DNA of 64,000 bases from Hormiphora californensis (GCA_020137815.1 CM035362.1:2480001-2544000), one strand, 5' to 3'; shown: positions 25,801 through 38,354, counted from the stretch's first letter. The notes: generated by a model not told the origin, from the letters alone. Numbers and translations: made by a program.

Positions 25801-28800
25801 TCTCGCTACGCGACCTCGATCTCACTCAGGTGTCAATGTCACCAACCCCCCCCCCTCAGATCTGCCATCATGGCCCAGTTGGGATCAAGACGGGATGTTT
25901 CTGATAGAATGCTGGTGTATAGCGTTAACAAAGAAGGAAAGCTACTCCCCACTACATCCTACCTTCAATACCCACAGAACATATCCTCCTCTTGCAGTGA
26001 TCCCTGTGGTACCGGACAATACAGGGTAGGTTGTAGACAGGAACCGACCGACACAAGTAAACAACCAATCGGAACTCGTTATTGAGGTCACGTGACTGGT
26101 TATCAGCTAATCAGGGACCAGTATTTCCTGATTCGGTCGGTTCCTGGTTGTAGAGATATTGAGGTAGATCCCAGACTTTCAGATATGACCTTTTAGTCAG
26201 TCTGAGCTGGCGTGAGAAACATTATAATTCACAAGATTTCAAACCACACAAGGGCAGCTAGTACCCCACGAGAGGACTAAATGCCGGGAAGTTTTTTAGT
26301 ACCCTCACTCACAATCGAGTCGCCTGACAAGCTGTGTTCGTATGAACAATTCAAACTCACGAGAACTCATGACCACACACACTCTTTACTTGTACTCACT
26401 CTTATACACACTCTTATATCCAGGTAACCTCGAAGGAGAGTCCGAGATGTTGTTACACGTGCAGGTCGTGTGGAGAGGGGAGTATTGTGGATGAGAATCA
26501 CAAGTGTCTCATGTGTGATAAGTGCTCCATGCCTAACCACAACAGGTACATCTCTGTGTTAGTAGTTTAGAAGTGAATGTTGTTCGTTCGGCGTGTTGGT
26601 TGGCAAAACTATTTTATGTGCCCAAATAAGGAAAACTGATTTTCACTTATCTGGAAATTTGTGAATATTTTTGAATGAATTTGATTGATCCATTCCTCAT
26701 AGTTACCGCTTCAGTTGCAATAGCAACCATAGAATTGGCGTTAAATGTGTAAACAAAGGGAGCTATTTAAACAAGAAATTTGAATATAAAAATGCAAAAA
26801 ACAACGGTTTCCCTGTTTCGGTAGGGCTGAACTACGTGCCTATTCACCGGTGCTATCCCGCTACTGACCAGTACGGAAGCTTTTGCCTGCTGGCTTTCGC
26901 CCCTGGGCCTGTACGCTTCTCACTATCAACCTGGACCGCTTAGCCTACGCTTAGCAGCCCATATCGGCACCAGCCTTAGCGTGGACACCAGCTCAACATA
27001 GCACAGCGCAGCCCAGAACTCCCCACCTCAAGACATCCCGCTGTTAGCGCCTCCAGGTAGCTGGATTACAGACTCGCGCCACTGAGCCCGGCGAGAGAAG
27101 AAGAATTGAGAGCTCTTTATACTGTGCTCTCTCACTGCAGATTATTCCTTATAAGGGATAATTCACAACACACAATACCTCACTACAGCTCTTCCTGCTC
27201 TTACTCTGGCTCATATTCATAACAAAACACATTTATAGCAAGAGTTGGCCTAATTATTTGTCTCACAAAAAACTGTCTTTTCCGAACCGTCATGTACAGT
27301 CGGACCCCGATTTACCGGAACCCCAATTTACCGGGAGGATAAACTTCCCCCATTTGTGTTGTACTTACTCCAAATTTAACCATTTTTACCTCCGTTTCAG
27401 GACGGAATGTGTGGAAAAAGCTGTAGAGAGTTTCACAATCAAAAAGGGAGACTTCATAACAGTTTCAATCTTTGTTATGAGTGTGTTGGGGATGTTCACT
27501 AGTGTTTTTATTATCGTGACTCTATTCAGACACTCTACAACTCCTATCGTTAAGGCGTCCTCTGTTCAACTGTGTTACATCATGCTATGTGAGTTCTTGT
27601 ATCGGGGAGGGGGGGTGTACTACACTATTGGGACTATAACAGAGAATTAGGAAAAGGAGAGGGGTACTTCCCCCTTCATAAGGGGAGTGTGTGGGTGGCG
27701 GGAAATTTAGAAAAAGAATGGTGGAAATTCCACTGGCCATGAAAGTATGTACCTCTATACTAGGGTTAATTCTTGATTAGACATACAGTTGTAATTAAAT
27801 CCTGTTAATTTAAACTTCTCCCCTACAGTTAGTTTGATTGTCCTGCTACTAGCACCTATTATGATGGTGATGGGACCTGGGGAGACTACCTGCCCCCTTC
27901 AGAGATACGTCATAGGTAGGTCATTGTCAGGAACCGACCGAATCAGGAAATACTGGTCCCTGATTGGTTGATAACCAGTCACGTGACCTAAATAACGAGT
28001 TTTGATTGGTTGTTTACTTGTGTCGGTCGGTTTCTGGTCATTGTACTTCATACTTCATTGTCTTACATGTGGTTTCATCTGGGTATGAATGAATGATACT
28101 AAACAACTTTGTTAATTCTCCCAATTGATTCAATCCTTAATTCCCCGTGTGTTTTAGGTCTGGGTACAGTTATTCCCATTGCTGTCCTCTTTGCAAGGAC
28201 CAACAGGATAAACACGATATTCAACAGGAGATCTCTGGTGATAAACCAGCTACAGAAAATGACCATGAGTGTGAAATACAATGTCATCCTTGTAGCTGCT
28301 CTTGCGTTTATTCAGGTATTAATGTTAATTGGAAAATTACAATAAAGTTTATTGTAACTATCGAATTATGTTTAATGTAAACGATTTTGAAATGGGGTTT
28401 ATGTGGTTTAACCCCATTTTGTTCAGAGAATAATTCTAGAAATCATTATGCCCCCTTTCCTTCAGTTAATAACATACCCCCTCTGTTCATCATCTGTTCA
28501 TAATATCCCCCCCCCTCAGTTTATCATCTGTTTTGCACTGCACCTGTTCCACGATAAGAGCATGCAGGATAATGGGGAGCACTCTATACACGTTAAAAAG
28601 TTATGCATAATGGATATACACCAACACAACTTTAAAATGTGTAATGAGGTAATGACTATATGACGTCATAATGACTATATGACGTCATAATGACATAATT
28701 ACAACAGCTGGGGAACAGTATCCCTAAGATGATTTACCAACTGCAGCTAAATTAATACTTTTCTCCCTGAGCGTGGGAGTAGTATAATACTCGTATTACA

Positions 28801-31800
28801 GACAGTTGAGTATTACCTTGAGAAAGTGTACCAATTATTAATTAACTAATTAACTCTCTTCCTACAGGAACAGATGGTGCTCGTCTATGTTTGGATAGGA
28901 TATGTTTGTGGATTGATCCTCGCTACCACTGTGGTGGCTTATAAAACACGGAGACTACCTACCAACTTTAATGAAGCTAGGTGGGAAGAAAGAACTTTCC
29001 CTTCCCTAGTCTCTAGAGCAGTCTCTTCATGGCTGCTTCTCCTAAATCACCCCTGATCTCCCCCCCCCCCCCCCCCCCCCCCCGGTTGTGTCCTGTTGAG
29101 TGAACTTAGTAAATAACTCCCCTTTCCTAATCTCTAGAGCAATCTATTATATCTCCCCTCCCAACCCCTCCCAACCCCGACCCCAGGTACATCTCCTACC
29201 CCCGGACCCCCCAGGTACATTTGTCTGGTTATGTTGGTGGTAATTGCCCCCCCAGGTACATTTGTCTGGTTATGTTGGTGGTAATTGCCCCCCCCCCCCC
29301 CAGGTACATTTGTCTGGTTATGTTGGTGGTAATTGTCCCCCCCCCAGGTACATTTGTCTGGTTATGTTGGTGGTAATTGTCCCCCCCCAGGTACATTTGT
29401 CTGGTTATGTTGGTGGTAATTGCCCCCCCCCCCCAGGTACATTTGTCTGGTTATGTTGGTGGTAATTATCCCCCCCCCCCCCAGGTACATTTGTCTGGTT
29501 ATGTTGGTGGTAATTGTCCCCCCCCAGGTACATTTGTCTGGTTATGTTGGTGGTAATTGTCCCCTCCCCCAGGTACATTTGTCTGGTAATGTTGGTGGTA
29601 ATTGTCCCCTCCCCCAGGTACATTTGTCTGGTTATGTTGGTGGTAATTGCCCCCCCCCCCCCAGGTACATTTGTCTGGTTATGTTGGTGGTAATTGTCCC
29701 CCCCCCCCCCCAGGTACATTTGTCTGGTTATGTTGGTGGTAATTGTCCTCACAATCTCCACCGTCACTACCTACATGGTCCTGGATGACAGGGCTAACAT
29801 TGTCTACCAGTGTTGGAGCATCATCATTGCAGTCTACTCTATACTTGGTTAGTACCACCACCATATATGGGCATACACTACCATATATGGACATACACTG
29901 TCATATATGGTGATTATTGGCGAGAAAGTTGGTAAACTACTTATAACAGTAACACATTACACCCATCCCAGGTATCATATACGGCCACAAGATGTATGTT
30001 ATCTACGTTATACCAGAGGCAAATACCCCCTGTGATACTAACATAGCCCTGAAAGAGTTTATTAAAAGGGTAAGGTCTTGTTTAGCTAGTAACCACCCAA
30101 TTTAGCACCATGATCAATCAAGAGGCTTGTAGAATACAACCATTTGGGTAATGTACAGTAACTGTACAGCAACTGTACCCAAAGTCTGTATACTTATGTA
30201 AATGAGTATCTTCATATTTGATTCCGTAACTAATGTCTGTCGCTACCCACCTAACTCTGGAGCCTGTTGTTGATTACTAGAAGTAGGCAACACACATGCT
30301 ACACTATACTCAAAAAGCAGCCCTGCAGGGCCCTGATTTCTAAAAAACACATAACACAATCTCTCTTTCTGAGAGCATCTAGACAGGGGGTACGGAGGAG
30401 TCAACAAATAGTGTTGTAGTACATCGTCCACGTCGTAAGAAGTTTGTTTCCAGCTTTTCATTGAGACAACTTTAAAAAAAGGAGAGCTGATGTATCTACT
30501 GTGTGCGTTTGTTGTGTCTTTCTCTGTTTGTGTCTTCATGTTTGTGTCTTTCTTTTTGTGTTCGTGTCTTTTTGATTTCGTGCTATTATGATTTATGTTT
30601 GTGTCTTTCTGTTTTTGGGCTATATACTGTTCGTGCCTTATTGTTTTTGGGCTATTATGTTTGTGTCTTTCTGTTTTTGGGCTATATACTGTTCGTGCCT
30701 TATTGTTTTTGGGCTATTATGTTTGTGACTTTCTGTTTTTTGGCTTGATTTTGGGTTATTTCTATTAAAGTTTAACTGGCAAATGTCAGTCCCTACTCCG
30801 TTATTGTCTGTTACATGGTAGTTTATACTGCTAGTGTGTCGCTCATATTCGTGGTTTGGCTGTTTATTTTAATGAAACATCATCATGTCAACTGTTGTGG
30901 TTGTTTAACGACCATGATGGCAGAGAGATAACGAGGGAGGGCGAAAGGAAGCAAGGAAAAGAGGAAGGGAGGTAGAAAATGTGAGATGAAAAGCTGTTTT
31001 ACAGTGTGACGGGCTCCCACATTTCGGGATATTTTCAGTTCCAAGTTTGGTAAAATTTTAATGGAGACATGAAACACCCTTCCTTTTACACTCCCACACT
31101 CTTGTTACCCACCCCGACACCCGGCTCACCTCTATAATCCCCGATACCCCACTCCACCCCACTGGGACCCCACTCCAACACCCCACCCACCTCTCTGTAT
31201 GTTATAGAGCGGACGGAGCAGTAGATCGGAGAGTGTATCCCAACAACCAATCACCCCTTCAATCCGCCGGACAGCCTCTGATCGCCGTCCCGGGTACAGT
31301 GTTTCCACTCTGGCTCTCACCGCCCCGCCGCCCACCCGTCGGACCATGCACCGTCCCTCCACGCTGTACCGGCAGCAGGAAAGCAGGGAACTCTGGTCGG
31401 GTACCCAGGGTGGTGACGGGAAGGCCGCTGAAGTTCGCAGATTTTATCTTGGTCTATACCGCCGCTTTATGACCAACTGATAATGACACGCTGAGAATGG
31501 GGTGCAACCAATACACGCTGCGGTTTGTGTTGGCACTCGCAGAGCTCTGAAGGGGTGTTTTTGAAGCCTTGAATACTACCAGTTTTTAGCACCGATCTGT
31601 TAGGGACCGTTTCTACTTCTACTATCCGAGTTGTGTTATAATACTTCATCTATTGAAGCCGGCACATTTTATCACGCTGCTATATTTGACGGCCATTCGT
31701 TTTATTCCGCTGACTACCACTCGCTCTAGCACGTTTTACTCACTTCCTTGATCATCCAATCTACAAAGCTGTGCCACCATTTAGCTCACTTCATTAAGCT

Positions 31801-32111
31801 GCCACCTTCCCACTTCTCCGCATCCAATATCCATAGTTTTGCAAAAGCTGCTGCCACCTTCCCACTCCTCCGTTTTGCAAAAGCTGCTGCACCCTTCCCT
31901 CTCCTTCTCTTCCTCATACTAACCACACTTCTCCACCTTCAGGACTCTGAACGTCAACAAAACACCAGCTACTCCTGCCTACTCATCCCCCGAAGCAACA
32001 CCACTGACTGCAACCACCCCCGGTCTAGACCTGCTGTCGCCAATTCGGCACCGGGCAGGTCGAAGTCTGTCCCTACAGCTACCGGGGTACCCGGCCACCA
32101 GGCTCCCCTAA
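22889..32111 (+). CDS. Class C GPCR (metabotropic glutamate receptor-like): signal peptide, Venus flytrap domain, Cys-rich domain, 7TM
   Basis: About 20 exons. Motifs MIRVIWLLYFAGC, AILGPGS, LPQILY..FSDPKRYP, MGWQYVAVITTSDPYG, FIASDGW, SCSDPC..CCYTCRSC, TPIVKASS, ARTNRI, YKTRRLPTNFNEAR, HKMYVIY. The C-tail exons (~31208-31395, ~31943-32111) are tentative; the model is secure to 30069. Confidence 0.88.
24938..25000. mobile_element. 63-bp hairpin mini-MITE, copy 1
   Basis: TGGTAATGAAATTATCCCT...AGGGGTGACTTCGTAACCA. 11-bp flanking duplication with one mismatch (GCTGTTAGTTT / ACTGTTAGTTT). Confidence 0.75.
25194..25312 (+). repeat. 48-bp tandem duplication of an exon end plus 5' splice site
   Basis: CTGCTCCTTCATAAATATAGA...CT(G/A)ACAG|GTA occurs twice (exon ends 25231 and 25279), plus a partial third copy. 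Confidence 0.9.
26038..26146 (+). mobile_element. 109-bp hAT-like MITE, copy 1
   Basis: TIR CAGGAACCGACCGA / TCGGTCGGTTCCTG. 8-bp TSD GTTGTAGA. Confidence 0.92.
26796..27092 (-). ncRNA. RN7SL: Signal recognition particle RNA (7SL), full length
   Basis: Minus strand reads GCCGGGCTCAGTGGCGCGAGTCTGTAATCCAGCTAC (Alu domain)...GAGTTCTGGGCTG...helix 8 CCCAGG-GGC-GAAA-GCC-AGCAGG...TCAGTAGCGGGAT...GTGAATAG...T6 terminator. Collinear with metazoan 7SL; ~297 nt. Confidence 0.93.
27116..27121 (-). promoter_or_regulatory. TATA box upstream of the 7SL gene
   Basis: TATAAA on the minus strand at -29 to -24 from the 7SL 5' G (27092). Confidence 0.55.
27297..27351 (+). mobile_element. Truncated pogo/Tc1-like MITE end
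   Basis: TA|CAGTCGGACCCCGATTTACCGG. Related to the element at 56370-56466. Confidence 0.6.
27928..28036 (-). mobile_element. 109-bp hAT-like MITE, copy 2 (inverted)
   Basis: Same family as 26038-26146. 8-bp TSD GTCATTGT. Confidence 0.92.
29180..29747 (+). repeat. Tandem array of the GPCR TM6-exon acceptor plus exon start (12 copies and 1 partial)
   Basis: Unit (C)nCAG|GTACATTTGTCTGGTTATGTTGGTGGTAATTG of 41-49 bp. Only the last copy (exon start 29714) continues into the rest of the exon. Confidence 0.95.
30583..30745. repeat. ~60-bp T-rich tandem duplication
   Basis: GCTATTATGTTTGTGTCTTTCTGTTTTTGGGCTATATACTGTTCGTGCCTTATTGTTTTTGG repeated ~2.5 times. Confidence 0.8.
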
Positions 32112-32639
32112 TGGGGTCAGGTGGAGAGATCATGTTTGGGAAATCTTCCAAAAAAACTTCAATTGCGATGTGTGCTAGCCTTCAAAAGTTTAAAAATGAA
32201 CAAGAAAATGTGACCCCCTAATCGTGTTGACTGCTAATGATGTGTGATGATTATGAGTGATTTGAGAAGCCGATATATAATTTTCATTTATTGTGTTTGT
32301 CTTTTTCATTTTTTTTTCTTTTTAAACCGGTTGTGCTTGGAGAATTTTGTTAAAAAACTCACAAAAACTAGCACATCATCTGACATCTGACTCTTCCCAC
32401 GATTTCTTGGCCAACCAGCTTCATTCTGCAAAAATAATATTTGCAGCAAATCAATCAGCTTTCCTCTCTCCCTCTTTCTCTTTCTCAGAGCCTCTTTCTC
32501 TCTCAGATTCCTCATTCTCAGAGTCTCAGATTCTGCTTTCTCTCAGTTTCTGCTTTCTCTCAGTTTTCTCTCTCTCTCTCAGGTTCATCTTTCTCCCTCA
32601 ATCTGGATCCTCTCTCGTGTTTTCTCAACTCGATGGTGT

Positions 32640-34265
32640 CCCCATGATAGTCTTTCAGTATGTTTTCAAGTTGTTCTTGACACAGTTCTGCGGACCAAAT
32701 GAAATTGTCAGTGTTTGCTCCACATCCTCCTATCGTCAGTGGAAAGACTCGTTAATCAGGGTAAACTTCACCATAGGTCCAGCCTCCAACAACCTCTGTC
32801 TCCTTTGCCTCTTTCTCTCCACATATCCCTCACATATCTGCAGACATACGAAAATAGCAACCCCCATAACACCAACAGAGCTCATCATCCAACTACCATG
32901 GGCGTGATGGTTGTTTATCTGTTGGAGTAGGGAGCCAGCAGCCAGGAACCCCAGGGAAGACCCTGCATTCCATCCCAACACCCACAATGTATCACAAACA
33001 TTCTTCTGCCTGTGTGAAAGGTGCCTCTCTCCGATGTTAGTCTGCATCGACTCCATGTACTTGAGGGTGATACAGGAGCAGATGGGATCACCTAGCCCTG
33101 CTAACACGATCCCTACCCAAGAGAGGTACTGAGAGTTGGTGTAGAGGGTGTCCATTGTAGTGGTGTAGAATGTGAGGAGGAGACCGACAGAGACCATGGA
33201 GCCACCAAGGATGCACTGTTTACCAACAGATAGGATCTTCCTATCTCCAATAAACCCGCCGACAAAAAACCCAACAGCTACCGAAATAGGGATACATCAT
33301 GACGTAGAGACTCGCCTTAGCGATGGATATGCTACAGCAGTGGCTCAGGTAGGGTGTGGTTCACCATCAGGATGTACGGCCCACACGAGTTTATCAGGAG
33401 TTGCCCAAATAAGGGCACAACGACTAGTTTTCGTCAGCGGTTCCTCGTCCTCTTCCTCCATGAGGGGGGTTAGGTCTTCAATAGAGGGTGCCTCCGGGAT
33501 AAAGGGGGTTGTATCACGAGGGATGAAGATTATACAACACGCCATAGCACACGCCATAACGGTTATCGCGAAGGCGTACGGTGCGATGAATCCCCATTTC
33601 TCGTAGAGATGATCCTGCTGCTGCTGTTGCCATGGTTATACCAACATAACATGAATGTACCTGTTACCAGACTGTTTATTAACACAAACTTGCCCGGGAA
33701 CCATACCCTCACACAGTCTATTTGGGCTCGGAATATGAGCGCAGTCAGCACCCCCAGGACAATTCGAATACTCAGGCATGTCAGGGAGAAGGTGTGTTTG
33801 TTGGAGATTGAGTCGGAGATGGAGAACCCCACTGAAAATGCTATAAACACAACCAGAAATGATACAAGGAGGTATTTAGAGTTCATTTTGATCTTTAGTT
33901 TAGCAAGTCCAACCTGAATAGCGACATCAAAGATTGGTGCTATGACACACCCAATACCAATACCCGCTGCAATAAGTCCCAGGATTAGTACCCGCCACAT
34001 CTCTCTCAGCCTGGAAGTGTATAACAAAGAAGGTACTCCCAATATACGTATTCAAGTTGAGAGATATACAGGAGAAGGAGAGGGATGCCAGGAGGAGGTA
34101 GCCACCACAGGATAACGTTTTGAGTGTTTTTGGAGGTAGGGAGGAGCATTCACTGTCGGTGTAGGGAGGTGGGCTGTCTGCCAAGAGGGTTGGGGTTCTG
34201 GGAGGGGTGCTGGGAGGCGAGCTGATGGGGGAGTCATCTATCAGGGGTGAGACTGTGTCGTCCAT
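32640..34265 (-). pseudogene. Intronless MFS transporter (SLC18B1-like) broken by several frameshifts: pseudogene or sequencing errors
   Basis: Consecutive hydrophobic segments in shifting frames: LLLASLSFSC..STFFV / LILGLIAAGIGIG..RIVLGVLTAL..VRVWFP / LYEKWGFIAPYAFA / VAVGFFVGGFIGD..VGIVLAGLGDP..WVLGWNAGSSLGFLAAGSL. At least 5 frame changes. The 3' end is approximate. Confidence 0.7.
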
Positions 34266-34510
34266 GACTACAGCTGAAACAAGGGGTTGGAATTGTTAGA
34301 GTTGAGTAATTGGGTTCACAATGTTGGATACATAGAGGGCGATTAAAAATTAAAATTTAATTTCTACTTCTAAGCAAGCTTCAAAATAATGAAGTATATA
34401 AAGTGCTAATATATACTCAAATGATGGAGTGTGTAAGATAACAGACAATAATGATCCCAACAGAGTGTTTCAGATATAGAGATGATGTTCAAGCGTCCTA
34501 AAGCTCTCAA

Positions 34511-34511
34511 A

Positions 34512-34578
<67 letters not shown>

Positions 34579-34580
34579 TC

Positions 34581-34644
<64 letters not shown>
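34511..34644. repeat. (CT)n microsatellite
   Basis: Direct inspection. Confidence 0.95.
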
Positions 34645-34647
<3 letters not shown>

Positions 34648-35551
34648 TATAGACACACTTGCGATGTCAGAAACGGCTTGTGGGCACATGCAGACAGAGA
34701 AACAGTGAAGAAGAGAGAGAGAGAAACCCGATAGAGGGAGTAAAAACACAGAGAGGGGTAAAGAAGAGAGAGTGAGAGAAAGTTAGAGAGAGATAGTTCT
34801 CTCTCTAAACGAAGAGGGAGAGCATCTACCTTGTGGATGGTCCGATGGTATAGTTCTAAAAATATCGAGAGGGAGAGAGATAGATATAGAGATAGATAGA
34901 GAGAGATCAGAGAGCAGACATAGAGAGATAGCTAGAGACAGTGTAGCCGCGATGTGCTCGATCATTGCGGGAATGGTATAAGCTCTGAAGAGAAGGAAGT
35001 ATAGACTATCAACTAAAAAAGATAGAGAAAGAGGAAGATAGATTAGAGAATGAACACGAAGACGCTAGAAAACGCCCATTGAAAGTCATCGCTCTCGATT
35101 TTTGTCTCGTTCTAAATTGGAAGTTATTCGGTTTAAGAAATTCCAACAGTGTATGCCACTGTCTGGAGAATGATCTTGCAGCTGCTGGTTATGTGGTTGA
35201 TTCTAAATAAGGCCTTGCGATAAACGGTTCCCTCTAGAACTATACCAGTCACCTTGAAATAGCCAACCTATAACTAATACTAATTAGAGAGCTCGGAAGG
35301 AAGCACCACACAGTCCCCTGTCCCTTGAGGCTTAAGTTAAGATTGAAAGGAAAAGAATCAAAGCAAAATGTTAAATCTATGATAAGGATCGAATCAGACA
35401 CAACAATTGCAATTATTGGTCAAGAAGATCACTGACTGAAAACCAAATGCAGTTCAAAAAGACTGACCTTTAAACCAAGCGAGTTGTGAAAATGGCTGAG
35501 TGCGGTTTTCGGGTTGTTAATCAATTCTTGTTAACAAGTCCCTGCTAAAGA

Positions 35552-35744
<193 letters not shown>

Positions 35745-37160
35745 ATGTGTTATTGTTACACCTATGTCATATGTGCACACAATCAGAGCCGGTTTGATGA
35801 ATAGAAAGGGGACAATTTGAAGTGCGAAATCGTCTCAAGACGTGCGAAATTGTCAAAATGGGTGTGACGAGTTGGCAAAACCATCGTGCAATCAAGACCA
35901 AAATAAAGGTACAAAAATAGGTTGTCTGATCCTAAAAACAGCGGTTACAATTATAGTTATCCTTAGAGGACTTCTGCAATTTCCAGCCCTGCTACCACAC
36001 CGTCTTTTTATCATTCTTCTTCTTCTCCTACGAGTGCTTGATCTAAGTTCATGTACCCAAGGAACTTTTACGAACCGCGGAATCGTCGGCACAAAGTTAT
36101 GATCCCATAGGCAATCCCTAGCCCCCTACGTGACGATCATGAACCACCCAACAACCTATCGAAGAATCTAGTGTCCTGCGAGCTTAGGTGAATATGAATT
36201 TCTTCGAATTTAGAATGAGCCAAAACGGAGGTCACAAGCGGCACGTGTTTCACGTACTTTAAATACTGTTATTATTGGAGTGATCTAACCGTCTGTAATG
36301 TTGTTGTAATTAAAAAAGATCGCCAGTCGCCACCTCTGAATTATAGAAATTGATTTGGAAGAATGCCAACCCGGAAATGGTATCCATGGAGATATTAGTC
36401 ACGGAATTTGATGTGAAGTTGGTACGTGACATGTGAAGTTGGTACGTGACACGTGAAGTTGGTACGTAATTCCCGTACTCATTTTAATGTCTCCTTGTTA
36501 TCGGTAATATGGCAGATAACGGATAGATACACATGTAGTTATGTGTGATACGTGACTCACATCAGTTATGTGAGTCACGTGTGTCGATAACAATTGATCA
36601 TCAATCGACAATCACATGTGCGAACAATGGATGGGACCGTCTGTGTGTGTTTATATTTCTAAAAAAACAAAGTTTGTGACGCAACTTTACCACAACTGGT
36701 TCGATGATCGAGAATTGTAATTGGTTAACTGGTCTGTAGCTGTGTGACGTGATTAAGACGCTGAACTGAAATGTTACATGTTTCCTGCATGGAGAGAGAA
36801 AATGGTTCGCGTTTCAATTTTTCTTTCACTCTGTTATACCTAACAATCTATACCTACCTATCAGCTGTAAACGGACAAGTAAACAGACAGGTTGGACAGT
36901 GAACAGGCACGAACCATGACACACACGAACACACATACCTACCTGCACCCTCATTATCGAATCCAAGGTTTTATATCCAACATGGTGGCCATGAAGTACG
37001 GCCGTTACCTGTAAATACAAGTCTTAATCAGCAGTTAATAAATTAACCATTGTAATTGTATTCCAATCAATATCTTGAGTCGCTTGACACTGTTTAGAAT
37101 AAAAAGAAAGTATGAACAATTCAATCAATATCACCATAATATGATCACGACGTCATTACT

Positions 37161-38354
37161 GGGGGGGGGGGGGGGGGTGACACGTAACACTTTGTAACAC
37201 TTTGTAACATGTGCAGAAAACTTTTTGTGCACGTTACATGTTACAAAGTGTTACAAAGTGTTACATAGTGTTACAAAGTGTTACAAAGTGTTACATAGTG
37301 TTACAAAGTGTTACATAGTGTTACAAAGTGTTACATAGTGTTACAAAGTGTTACATAGTGTTACAAAGTGTTACATAGTGTTACAAAGTGTTACAAAGTG
37401 TTACATAGTGTTACAAAGTGTCACAAAGTGTTACATAGTGTCACAAAGTGTTACATAGTGTCACAAAGTGTTACAAATTGTTACAAAGTGTTACAAAATA
37501 TTTACAAACACACAAGGATTTGTAGCGAAGCAAATTTTCAATCTTTGACCAAAAAATTGATTTTGGAAAAATTTTATTTCTTTTCCAACAGAAACGTTGT
37601 ATATCATCTTATTAAGTACAAAGAATCGATTACCAATGAAAAAAAGTCGATTGGGTCACAACTCACAGGTGACTCAGCACATAGGGGGCCTCTGAGAGGC
37701 ACAATACTTTTAATATCACTCTAAAAACTTTACCGTTGTCTAAACTTCATATTTTTCTTTACCAAATGGACTATTTCAGCCCTGATTTCCACAGTCGATG
37801 ACATCGGAGGCTCAAAACATCCGCAAATTATTAAAAAAGTGTATGTTTTAACCCTAGGAATGATTTAAAACTTTTAGATGTGTTCTAGAAAGACACCAAA
37901 GTCATTCAAATTAGTTATTCACCAACCGTCTTATATATTTTGTAAATATTTTGTAACAATTTGTAACACTTAGTAACAATTTGTAACACTTTGTGACACT
38001 ATGTAACACTTTGTAACACTTTGTAACACTATGTAACACTTTGTAACACTTTGTAACACTATGTAACACTTTGTAACACTATGTAACACTTTGTAACACT
38101 ATGTAACACTTTGTAACACTATGTAACACTTTGTAACACTATGTAACACTTTGTAACACTATGTAACACTTTGTAACACTATGTAACACTTTGTAACACT
38201 ATGTAACACTATGTAACACTTTGTAACACTATGTAACACTTTGTAACACTATGTAACACTATGTAACACTTTGTAACATGTGCATAAAACTTTTTGTGCA
38301 CGTTACATGTTACAAAGTGTTACAAAGTGTTACGTGTCACCCCCCCCCCCCCCC
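37161..38354. mobile_element. ~1.2-kb Foldback-type element with poly-G/poly-C termini and 10-bp tandem arrays in its inverted arms
   Basis: G17-TGACACGTAACACTTTG... and ...GTGTTACGTGTCA-C15. Arms are built from GTGTTACA(A/T)A decamers around a ~420-bp unique core. Flanking direct repeat ATTACT (or CATTACT). Confidence 0.9.

Noticed and set aside
26796-27092. Primate Alu contamination
   Set aside because: It contains the full S domain and a T-run terminator, is diverged from human 7SL, and lacks the Alu dimer and A-tail.
29180-29747. CRISPR-like regularly spaced repeats (also 107-637 and 1571-1776)
   Set aside because: The intervening sequences are poly-C or CT tracts rather than unique spacers. 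The context is eukaryotic and there are no cas genes.
37368-37724. 118-aa ORF with VLHSVTKC repeats
   Set aside because: Translation of the 10-bp tandem array in the foldback arm.
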